DNA from: Actinomycetes bacterium
Lineage (GTDB): Bacteria; Actinomycetota; UBA4738; HRBIN12
Reading direction: 5' to 3'
NCBI GenBank assembly: GCA_021155985.1
Contig: JAJNBA010000005.1
Location: forward strand, 61,855-125,854
Length of the DNA stretch: 64,000 nucleotides
This document shows, one piece after another, positions 12,780-20,617 of this stretch; the first letter of the stretch is position 1; the number at the start of each line of letters is the position of its first letter. The notes below the pieces were generated by a model. That model had not been told where the DNA came from, ran no database searches, and saw nothing but the letters and a program-made list of their open reading frames with translations. The position numbers and the translations under genes are program-made.

Positions 12780-13689
12780 CGAACGCGACGGCCACGTCCC
12801 CGGCGAGCCCCGCGTTCGCCTCGAGCAACGCGAGGTTGGCCTCGAGGGAACGACCGCCCGTCTCCTCCCCGAGACACGTGAGCAGGAACGGCGTCAGGTC
12901 GCGACCGCGGATGCCCTCGCGTTCGGCCCGATCCTCGGACCGCCGTGCCGCGGCCTCGACCTCGACGGGGTCCATCGCGAGGGCGACGTCGATCGGGTTG
13001 CAGAGCAGGAGGGTCGATCGGGTGTCCAGTGCGATCGCGGCCTCGAGCGCCGCGGCAGCGTCCGCCGGCGTGTCCACGCGATGTTCCAGCAGGACGGTCG
13101 ACTCGCGCGCCAGGAAGAAGGGAAGGCGGTCGACGCCGTAGCCGAGAAGGCTCACGCCGAGCTCCTCGAGGCGTTCCGCGGTCAACAGCGGATCGACGAT
13201 CGACTTCGGTCCGCTGCACACCAGGAGTCCTGGCGTCCGCGACAGCTCCACGAGATCGGCGCTGACGTCCGGATGCGACCCGCGGTGCACGCCGCCGATG
13301 CCTCCCGTCGCGCTCACGGCGATCCCGGCGCGCGCGGCGGCCCAGATCGTCGCCGAGACGGTGGTCGCGCCGAGGCCGCCGCGGACGCACGCCGCGGGGA
13401 GGTCGCGCCGCGCGACCTTGTCGGCCCGCCCGGGCTCCGTGAAGGGATCGAGCTCGGCCTCGCTGAGCCCGACCACCACCTCGCCGCCGACCACCGCGAC
13501 CCAGGCGGGCAGGGCTCCCGCCCCGCGGATCGCGCCGGCCATCCGCTCGATGCACTCCACGTTGTCGGGATGCGGCAGTCCCTGGCCGATCACGCTGGTC
13601 TCGAGGCACACGACCGGCCTCGCGGTGACCACCGCGCGATCGACCTCCTCACCGAGCCGGATCCGCACGCTCACGACGCCGACGGCCAC
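12757..13689 (-). CDS. psuG: Pseudouridine-5'-phosphate glycosidase
   Basis: 310 aa with strong YeiN/PsuG (indigoidine synthase A-like) similarity. 3' end overlaps the convergent GT2 gene by 23 nt. Confidence 0.9.
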   Translation of the reverse strand: MAVGVVSVRIRLGEEVDRAVVTARPVVCLETSVIGQGLPHPDNVECIERMAGAIRGAGALPAWVAVVGGEVVVGLSEAELDPFTEPGRADKVARRDLPAACVRGGLGATTVSATIWAAARAGIAVSATGGIGGVHRGSHPDVSADLVELSRTPGLLVCSGPKSIVDPLLTAERLEELGVSLLGYGVDRLPFFLARESTVLLEHRVDTPADAAAALEAAIALDTRSTLLLCNPIDVALAMDPVEVEAAARRSEDRAEREGIRGRDLTPFLLTCLGEETGGRSLEANLALLEANAGLAGDVAVAFATGARSG

Positions 13690-14534
13690 ACGGACGCACT
13701 CGCGGCGACCTCCGCTCCGGCCCGACAGGCGCGGTGGAGTGATGCCTCAGGGTCGATCCCCCGCGCGAGCGAGGCGAGGAGGACCCCGTCGAACGCATCC
13801 CCCGCCCCCGTGGGGTCTCGTTCGTCGATCGCGTCCGCCTGCGCCTCGAAGACCGACCCATCGACGACGAGCACGGCGCCGGAAGCTCCGCGCTTGACGG
13901 CGACCACACGATAGCGCTCACCGAGCTCGCGCGCCGCGTCGATCGGGCCCAGCGACGTCAGCGCCTCAGCCTCTCGCTCGTTCGCCAGGACGACGGATGC
14001 TCCGGACGCGAGCTCGTGGAACCTGTCGGGACCGATCGCCTCGACGAGGGGCCAGGTGGCGGCCTCCACCGCGATCCATCCGGCCCGTGACCGGCGGATC
14101 GCCTCGACCCCGGCTCGCTGCGCACCGTCCTGGAGGAGGAGGTAGCCGGACACCAGCACGGCCCCGGCGACGAGCTCCGGTGGGAGGTCATCGGGCCGGA
14201 GCCTGGCGTTCGCCCCGCGGTCCGCCACCATCGATCGCTCCCCCGCCTCGAACACGACCAGCATCGTGCCCGAGGGAGCATCCGGATCGTCCACGAGCGC
14301 CGCCTCGACGCCGCGGACCTCGAGCTCGGTGCGGAGCAGCCGTCCCACGAGGTCGCCCCCCACCCGGCCGTGGACGCGCGCCGTCGCGCCCGTCGCCGCG
14401 GCCCACACCGCGGCGTTGCCCGAGGTCCCCCCGGGCTGGAGGGCGACGCGCCCGTGAACGTCCCCGCCCCGGGCGAGCTCTCCTGCGTCGACGCGCACAT
14501 CCAGCATCACGTCGCCGACGCAGATCAGGTCCAT
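13671..14534 (-). CDS. psuK: PfkB-family carbohydrate kinase, probable pseudouridine kinase
   Basis: Real start is ATG 14534 (MDLICVGDVMLDV); upstream part of track ORF 13671..15248 is noise. Ribokinase-fold motifs (GGTSGNAAV, DPTGAGDAF). Overlaps psuG start by 19 nt. Confidence 0.8.
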   Translation of the reverse strand: MDLICVGDVMLDVRVDAGELARGGDVHGRVALQPGGTSGNAAVWAAATGATARVHGRVGGDLVGRLLRTELEVRGVEAALVDDPDAPSGTMLVVFEAGERSMVADRGANARLRPDDLPPELVAGAVLVSGYLLLQDGAQRAGVEAIRRSRAGWIAVEAATWPLVEAIGPDRFHELASGASVVLANEREAEALTSLGPIDAARELGERYRVVAVKRGASGAVLVVDGSVFEAQADAIDERDPTGAGDAFDGVLLASLARGIDPEASLHRACRAGAEVAASASVWPSAS

Positions 14535-14584
14535 CGCGCCGAGGGTACCGGGAGAGACAGCGACCCGCGTCAGGACCGGCGCCG

Positions 14585-15664
14585 TCAGGCGTCGGCGCCG
14601 GCGGCATCGGCCGCCCACGCGCCGAACGCTCCCCAGAAGGGATCGAGGCCGGGGTGGACGAGGGGCTCTTCGCGACCGTCCACGACGAGCCGATGCCCTT
14701 CCGCGCGTGGGATCAGTTCGCCCGCGATGGCGGCGTCGATCCCGGCGCCCGCGAGCAGCTCCACGAAGGCGTCGGCGCGCGCGGGCACGACGGTCGCGAT
14801 CAACGAGCCCTCGCTGATCGCGGTGTACGGGTCGATGCCGAGGTGCTCGCACACGGCGCGCACCTCCGGCCGGACCGGGATGCGGTCCCGATCCACACGG
14901 ATCCCGTTGCCGGACGCGATCGCCACTTCGAGCAGCCCACCGAGCACCCCGCCCTCGGTCGCGTCGTGCATCGACGTCACGCCGTCCTCGCGCAGGCCGA
15001 ACCCACGGGCGAGCACGGCCTCGGGAACCACCGTCATCGACTCGAAGAGGGAGTCGGCGGCGCGCAGCGTGTCCTTCCCGACGGCGGACCCCAGCCGATC
15101 GGGGAACGTGGCGGCGAACAGAGCGGTCGTCTCGATCGCCGCTCCCTTCGTCACCACGACGGCATCGCCCGCGCGCGCCATCGTCGGGGTGACGAACGCG
15201 TCGGCCGGCCCGAGCGCCAGGCAGGTCGCTCCCCCCACCATCGGCCACTCACACCCGTCGTAGCGACCCGTGTGGCCCGTCACCACCGCGATCCCGAGGT
15301 CCTCGCACGCGCCGTGGAACGCGTCCCATAGGAGGGTGAGCTCCTCGTCGGAGATCGAGGGCGGCAGGTTCAGGTCGACGGACATCCAGCGAAGCGGCAG
15401 GCCGCTCGTGGACGCGTCGGACGCGAGGATGTGGACGGCGAACCATGCGGCCCGCTCCCACCCGTACGCCGGCACCACGAAGACGGGATCGGCAGTGAGC
15501 GCCATGGCGACGCCGTCGGCCACGCGGACCACGCCCACGTCGACGCCGTGCTGGGGACCGACGAGCACGTCCTCGTCACGGGCACCGAGTCGTCGCAGGA
15601 TGACCTGCTCGAACAGCTCGGGCGTGGCCTTCCCGGTCCGCTGCTCGCGCGGTGGTGCGCTCAT
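14585..15664 (-). CDS. AIR synthase-related protein (PurM/HypE/ThiL superfamily); possibly a thiamine-monophosphate kinase analogue
   Basis: 359 aa with PurM-like N- and C-terminal domains (VTGHTGRYDG, DATEGGVLGGLLE). ATGA overlap with the thiE stop at 15661..15664. Confidence 0.7.
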   Translation of the reverse strand: MSAPPREQRTGKATPELFEQVILRRLGARDEDVLVGPQHGVDVGVVRVADGVAMALTADPVFVVPAYGWERAAWFAVHILASDASTSGLPLRWMSVDLNLPPSISDEELTLLWDAFHGACEDLGIAVVTGHTGRYDGCEWPMVGGATCLALGPADAFVTPTMARAGDAVVVTKGAAIETTALFAATFPDRLGSAVGKDTLRAADSLFESMTVVPEAVLARGFGLREDGVTSMHDATEGGVLGGLLEVAIASGNGIRVDRDRIPVRPEVRAVCEHLGIDPYTAISEGSLIATVVPARADAFVELLAGAGIDAAIAGELIPRAEGHRLVVDGREEPLVHPGLDPFWGAFGAWAADAAGADA

Positions 15665-16308
15665 GCCCGACGGTCCTCGTAGCTGTCATCCACCACGGCC
15701 CGCAGCTCCCGGACGGCCACGGTCGGATCATCGGCGGTCGCGACGGCGCCGATCACCGCGATCCCCGCCGCCCCTGCCACGAGGACGTCCCGAGCGTTAC
15801 GCGCGTCGATCCCGCCGATGCCGACGACCGGCAGCGCGGTCACTCCGACCACCGTCCGGACGCCTTCGAGTCCCATCGCGATCGCCTCGGGCTTCGTGGA
15901 GGTCTCCCACACGGTCACGCCGAGGTAGTCGGCGCCGGCGGCCTCCGCGGCCCGGGCCTCCTCGACGCTCCCGACGCTCACGCCGAGGATCCGTTCCGGG
16001 CCGAGCCGTCCCCGTACCGCGTGCACGTCCTCGTCCTGTCCGATGTGCGCCCCGGCGGCGTCGCAGCGGATCGCCACCTCCACCCGGTCGTTCACGAGGA
16101 ACAGGACGCCCGCCTCTCCGCAGCTCCTCGCGAGGACCGCCGCGAGCGGCAGCAGGCGGTCGTCGGAGAGCTCCGGAGCACGAAGCTGGACCGCGGTGGC
16201 GCCGCCTTCCACCGCCGCCGTCGCGATCTCGCCGTGCGCGCGACCGGAGACGAGGGTCCCGGTCGTCACGACGTACAGGTCGAGCGCTCTGGGCTCGAGT
16301 CTCGCCAT
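15661..16308 (-). CDS. thiE: Thiamine-phosphate synthase
   Basis: 215 aa from ATG 16308 (MARLEPRALDLYVVTT...); the rest of track ORF 15661..17286 is noise. ThiE TIM-barrel motifs (LRAPELS, HIGQDED, GADYLGV, GGI). Confidence 0.85.
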   Translation of the reverse strand: MARLEPRALDLYVVTTGTLVSGRAHGEIATAAVEGGATAVQLRAPELSDDRLLPLAAVLARSCGEAGVLFLVNDRVEVAIRCDAAGAHIGQDEDVHAVRGRLGPERILGVSVGSVEEARAAEAAGADYLGVTVWETSTKPEAIAMGLEGVRTVVGVTALPVVGIGGIDARNARDVLVAGAAGIAVIGAVATADDPTVAVRELRAVVDDSYEDRRA

Positions 16309-16311
16309 CGC

Positions 16312-16400
16312 TCCCTCCGCCGGCATTGCCCGGTTCAGGTCCTGCGGGTCGCGGGGCGGTCCCCGCCTCTCAGCCCGGCCGTGTCCGAGCTCCCCGAGTG
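16312..16400 (-). promoter_or_regulatory. TPP (THI-box) riboswitch in the thiE 5' leader
   Basis: Minus-strand RNA: ACUCGGGGAGCUCGGACACGGCCGGGCUGAGAGGCGGGGACCGCCCCGCGACCCGCAGGACCUGAACCGGGCAAUGCCGGCGGAGGGAGCG-AUG. Carries the conserved CUGAGA, ACCC, GACCUGA, UAAUGCCGGCG and GGAGGGA blocks; the Shine-Dalgarno is embedded in the 3' strand. Confidence 0.8.
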
Positions 16401-16421
16401 GTCGGTCGCAGGATACCCGTG

Positions 16422-17240
16422 TCAGACGGCGACGCGCCGCCGCGCCCGGCCGATCTCCAGCTCGCGTCGCACCTTCTTCCAATCGCTGGCCTTCGTGCTG
16501 AAGAGCACGTCGGTGACGATCTGGAACAGACCCAACGCGAGCAGGACGACCACCGTCCACCCGGGCGCGCCGGTCGCGGGCGCGAGCGCGAGCGCGAGGA
16601 AGGGCGCCAGCTTCGTCGCGACCGCCCCCGACGCGTGCATCCACGCACGACCGGTCGGCGTGGCGCGCAGGTAGGTCGCGTAGTCGGTCTTCAGCCCGGG
16701 CAACGGCGGCGGCGGGATCACGAAGAAGTAGCGCCGGAACCGGATCCCCACGAGTCGTCCCACGACGTAGTGCGCGGACGAGTGGAGCCCGACCATCCAC
16801 GCCAGCGCCGCCACGAGCAAGGCGACGCCGACCGCGGTCCGTGACTCGGAGGAGGTATCGATCGCGAAGAGGACCGCGGCCCAGGCCGCCAGCACGCCCA
16901 CCGCGATCGTGGCGGCCAAGAGTGCGTTCCCGAGCCAGAGCGGCACCCGATGAGGGAACCGGGCATCGAACGCCCTCGCGTCGATCCGGCCCACCTGGTC
17001 GGCGTACCGATGGATCAGCTCGTCGTCGCGCTTGATCAGACCGACCATCCGCCAGAAGCCGAGCCGGCGAAGATCGATGTCCCCCGCATCGACCGCCGCC
17101 TCGATCCGGTCGAGCTCTGCTCCGAGTCCCCCCGAGGGACTTCCCCCAGCTTCCACGGTTGCCTCCAGGTCCGGCGGTACGATGCGCCGGACGCGCTCCG
17201 ACCCTGCCCTCGAGCGCTTCCCTAGGGAGGAGAGCACCAT
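16422..17240 (-). CDS. Hypothetical integral membrane protein
   Basis: 272 aa from ATG 17240 (MVLSSLGK...). Four-plus hydrophobic helices and an unusual IPPPPLPGLKTDYATYL segment. The rest of track ORF 16422..19013 is antisense to the kinase gene. Confidence 0.55.
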   Translation of the reverse strand: MVLSSLGKRSRAGSERVRRIVPPDLEATVEAGGSPSGGLGAELDRIEAAVDAGDIDLRRLGFWRMVGLIKRDDELIHRYADQVGRIDARAFDARFPHRVPLWLGNALLAATIAVGVLAAWAAVLFAIDTSSESRTAVGVALLVAALAWMVGLHSSAHYVVGRLVGIRFRRYFFVIPPPPLPGLKTDYATYLRATPTGRAWMHASGAVATKLAPFLALALAPATGAPGWTVVVLLALGLFQIVTDVLFSTKASDWKKVRRELEIGRARRRVAV

Positions 17241-17312
17241 CGCAAGGAGTATCACGCAGCCGGCGCCCCCGCACGGCGGAGGGCATGCATTCGTCACGCT
17301 CGACGGCCGCGC

Positions 17313-19043
17313 GAGGTCGCGATCAAGGTCCTTCACCGTTCCCTCGCAGGTGATCCTGCCTTCGTCGATCGGTTCCGCCGCGAGGCCCGCGCCGCGGCCA
17401 GCCTCTCTCACCCGAACATCGTCGCCGTCTACGACTGGGGCGCCGTCGACGGCGTCTACTACATGGTCATGGAGTACGTGCGAGGCCCGAGCGTCCGGCA
17501 CCTGCTGAACGAGCAAGGACGGATGGAGCCGGCCCAGGCCGCGGAGATCCTCCGCCAATCGCTCCTCGCGCTCGGGCACGCTCACCGCGAGGGCTTCGTC
17601 CATCGAGACATGAAGCCCGAGAACCTCCTCGTGACGCAGGAAGGCGTGGTCAAGGTCGCCGACTTCGGGCTCGCTCGAGCGTACGCCGACGGCCGCGTGA
17701 CGCAGGCCGGGGCGGTCACCGGCACGGTGCAGTATCTGGCGCCAGAGCAGATCCGCGGCGAGCCGGCCGATCCGCGAAGCGACCTCTACTCCCTCGGCAT
17801 CGTGGCCTACGAGCTCCTGACCGGGAAGCTCCCGTTCACCGGCGAGACCGCGATGGCCGTGGCCTACAAGCACCTCTCGGACCGCGTCCCCGCTCCCTCG
17901 TCCGTCCTGCCGGACCTGCCGGCCGAGCTGGACGGCTTCGTGGCTGCCGCGACCGATCGCGACCGAGAGCTCCGGCCCGAGTCCGCCGACGTGATGCGGA
18001 TGGACCTCGATGTGCTCTCGCACCAGCTCCCCCCGGCCCGGAAGCTCTCCACGATCGTTCGGGAGATCCCGTCCGTGACGGTGGAGGGAGGAGAGACGAC
18101 CGAGGTGGGGGTGAGGCTCGAGACCTCGGTCCCCCGCATGGAGCGCCATCGGAAGCGCCGGAGGTTCGTCAAGAGGGTCCTCGGCGCGGTCGCGCTGGTG
18201 GCGCTGTTGACGGCGGCCGCGTGGGGCACGTGGACGTACGCGATCCCGCACACGGCCGTGATCCCCGCGCTCGTCGGTGAGACCGTCGAGAACGCGACGG
18301 ATCGGCTCACGAGCCTCGGGTTCGACGTCACGCGGGCTCCCGGTGAGTACTCGATGCAGGTTCCCGACGGCCACGTGAAGCAGATCCAGCCGGCCGCCGG
18401 CGCGGAGCGCGATGTCGGCACCACCATCACGATCGTCCCGTCGCTCGGACCGCCGCCGGTGGACGTTCCCAGGGTGCGAGGAGAGCTCCTCCCGGACGCG
18501 CGCGAGGCGATCGCGGGGGCGGGCTTGCACGTGGCGGCCGTCAGACATCGGTTCGATCGGGAGGTGCCCGAGGGTCACGTGATCGGCGTGCAGCCCGACG
18601 CCCCGAGGCTCCCCCGGGGGACGTCGGTCACGGTGATCGTCAGCGACGGCCCGAAGCCGGTGGCGATCCCCGACGTCGGCGGCATGACGGAAGACAGGGC
18701 GGTCGATGCGCTCACCGCGAAGGACTTCGAGGTCGTGATCGAGGAGGACTTCTCGAACAAGGTCGCGCGCGGACGAGCCCTGGGAACCGATCCGGCGAGC
18801 GGGACCGAGCTCCAGCCCGGTGAGACGATCGTGTTGCGGGTCTCGCTCGGGCCCGAGTTCTTCGCCAGTCCCGACTTCGGCGGCATGACGGTCGACGACG
18901 CGCGCGGGCTCGCGGATAGCGTCGGGCTGGAACTCACCGCGCTCCCGGTCCCCGGCAGCAGTGGCGGCTCCATCGTGAGCCAGCTCCCGCCCGCCGGCAC
19001 GCGGGTTCGCCACGGCTCCACGATCACCGTCTACTACGCGTGA
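17313..19043 (+). CDS. Ser/Thr protein kinase with C-terminal PASTA repeats (PknB-like); N-terminus disrupted or uncertain
   Basis: Track ORF starts at 17463 (MVMEYV). In-frame kinase sequence extends upstream to EVAIKVLHRSLAGDPAFVDRFRREARAAASLSHPNIV (from ~17313) with no start codon. The glycine-loop region lies in another frame (GGGHAFVTLDGRAR). HRDMKPENL, DFG and APE motifs are intact. One TM, then 3-4 PASTA repeats. Confidence 0.7.
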   Translation, partial: EVAIKVLHRSLAGDPAFVDRFRREARAAASLSHPNIVAVYDWGAVDGVYYMVMEYVRGPSVRHLLNEQGRMEPAQAAEILRQSLLALGHAHREGFVHRDMKPENLLVTQEGVVKVADFGLARAYADGRVTQAGAVTGTVQYLAPEQIRGEPADPRSDLYSLGIVAYELLTGKLPFTGETAMAVAYKHLSDRVPAPSSVLPDLPAELDGFVAAATDRDRELRPESADVMRMDLDVLSHQLPPARKLSTIVREIPSVTVEGGETTEVGVRLETSVPRMERHRKRRRFVKRVLGAVALVALLTAAAWGTWTYAIPHTAVIPALVGETVENATDRLTSLGFDVTRAPGEYSMQVPDGHVKQIQPAAGAERDVGTTITIVPSLGPPPVDVPRVRGELLPDAREAIAGAGLHVAAVRHRFDREVPEGHVIGVQPDAPRLPRGTSVTVIVSDGPKPVAIPDVGGMTEDRAVDALTAKDFEVVIEEDFSNKVARGRALGTDPASGTELQPGETIVLRVSLGPEFFASPDFGGMTVDDARGLADSVGLELTALPVPGSSGGSIVSQLPPAGTRVRHGSTITVYYA

Positions 19044-19879
19044 TCCTGGGCGCCCACGTCCGGCGCAGGCACACCGGCATCGAGGGAGCGATCGAGGAAG
19101 CCGAGCTCCGGGGCGCCGACTGCCTCCAGATCTTCGTCTCCAACCCGCGGGCGTGGGCCGCTCCCCGGTACGACGGACCGCAGGTCGGGCGGTTCCTCGA
19201 TGCCCTCACGGCGAGCGGCCTGCGGCCGTGTGTGGCGCATCTGTCCTATGTAGGCAACGTCGCGTCCTGGGATCCCACGACGCTCCAGCGCACCCGGGAG
19301 CTCCTCCTCGGAACCGTGCACGCGTGCGACGCGCTGGGGGTGGATCTCTTGGTCGTCCATGCCGGAGCCGGCGGGCCGCAGGATCGTGATACGGCGTTGG
19401 GAGCAGCAGTGGAGAGCTTCCGGCTGGCGGTGAGCGAAGCCGACCGCACGCGGGTGGTGGTCGAGCTGATGGCCGGCACCAGCGGTGCCGTCGCCTCCGT
19501 GCCGAGCGAAGCCGAGGAGCTGTGCACGGCGGTGGACGATGAGCGACTCGGCATCTGCCTCGACACCGCGCACCTGTTCGCGGCCGGCGTTCCCCTCGAC
19601 GTCGCCGACGGCGTGGAGGGGCTCGCCCAGGAGCTTCGCGCTCGCGCGCTCGACCACCGTCTGGCCCTGGTCCACGCGAACGACTCGGTCTTCGAGCGTG
19701 GCGCCCGCCGCGATCGTCATGCCGACATCGGCGACGGGCAGATCGGTGAGGAGGGCTGGCGGGCGCTGGCGAACGATCCCGTGCTCGGCTCGGTTCCCTG
19801 GATGCTCGAGACGCCCGGAGATGCCGATCGCCAACGGAGGGACATCGCCCACCTGCGGCGCCTCGCGGCTCCGGATTAG
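19040..19879 (+). CDS. nfo: Deoxyribonuclease IV (AP endonuclease family 2)
   Basis: 279 aa with xylose-isomerase-like TIM-barrel Nfo similarity (AHLSYVGN, LLVVHAGA, CLDTAHLFAAG). 4-nt overlap with the kinase stop. Confidence 0.85.
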   Translation: MILGAHVRRRHTGIEGAIEEAELRGADCLQIFVSNPRAWAAPRYDGPQVGRFLDALTASGLRPCVAHLSYVGNVASWDPTTLQRTRELLLGTVHACDALGVDLLVVHAGAGGPQDRDTALGAAVESFRLAVSEADRTRVVVELMAGTSGAVASVPSEAEELCTAVDDERLGICLDTAHLFAAGVPLDVADGVEGLAQELRARALDHRLALVHANDSVFERGARRDRHADIGDGQIGEEGWRALANDPVLGSVPWMLETPGDADRQRRDIAHLRRLAAPD

Positions 19880-19905
19880 ACTCCGCGCCGGGAGGAGGAG
19901 TGCTT

Positions 19906-20154
19906 GTGGACGACGCTTCCGATCGGCTCCTGCGGGTCATCGAGGAGTACGAACGAGTGGCCGAGTCGGTCACCCCCGACGACGCGATCCGCACCTTCGA
20001 CGAGACGACCCTGCAGCTCTTCTGGCAACGCTGGCCGCACGTGAGCTCGTGGGGTGGCGCGCTCTGGCGTCAGCTGAACGACGACCTGGCCGATCCCGCC
20101 ACCCCGGCCGGGGATCTCGAGACCCATGAGGTCGGCGGCGAGGGCGGCGGTTGA
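19906..20154 (+). CDS. Hypothetical small acidic protein
   Basis: Track ORF 19900..20154. High GC3, non-Arg-rich composition. GGAGGAGGAG Shine-Dalgarno 7 nt before GTG 19906. No recognised family. Confidence 0.45.
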   Translation: MDDASDRLLRVIEEYERVAESVTPDDAIRTFDETTLQLFWQRWPHVSSWGGALWRQLNDDLADPATPAGDLETHEVGGEGGG

Positions 20155-20175
20155 GATGGAGCCTGAGGAGCGGAC

Positions 20176-20559
20176 ATGGCCACGCTGAGGGAGATCATGA
20201 CGCCGGAGGTGTTCTCGACCACGCCGAGCACACCCGTCGCGGACGTCGCGGCCAGCATGCTGAAGGGGCGCTTCGGATCGGCGCTGGTGATGGAGGGATC
20301 CACGTTGATGGGGATCTTCACGGAACGCGACGTGCTCCGCGCCGCCGCCGCGCGCGCCGACCTGACCTCGACGCGCGTCGTCGACTGGATGACCGGGGAT
20401 CCGGTCACCGCGAGACCCGACATGGAGACCGGTGAAGCCACCGAGATCATGATGAGTCAAGGCTTCCGCCATCTGCCGGTGGTGGACGGGACGACCATCG
20501 CGGGCATCGTGAGCTTCCGGGACATCCTGAGGACCCGCATCCGGCGCGTCACACCGTGA
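20176..20559 (+). CDS. CBS domain-containing protein
   Basis: 127 aa with a tandem CBS pair (MTPEVFSTTPSTPVADVAASM..., GFRHLPVVDGTTIAGIVSFRDIL). GAGGAG Shine-Dalgarno. Confidence 0.8.
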   Translation: MATLREIMTPEVFSTTPSTPVADVAASMLKGRFGSALVMEGSTLMGIFTERDVLRAAAARADLTSTRVVDWMTGDPVTARPDMETGEATEIMMSQGFRHLPVVDGTTIAGIVSFRDILRTRIRRVTP

Positions 20560-20617
20560 CGGGGTCCGAGGGTGGAACGGCGACCTTCGACGTCAGGTCC
20601 GCGCGTTCGCCGACCAC

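Noticed and set aside
15270-16844. 524-aa plus-strand ORF over thiE and the riboswitch.
   Set aside because: Ser/Arg/Pro-rich nonsense translation; the minus strand carries thiE with its TPP riboswitch.
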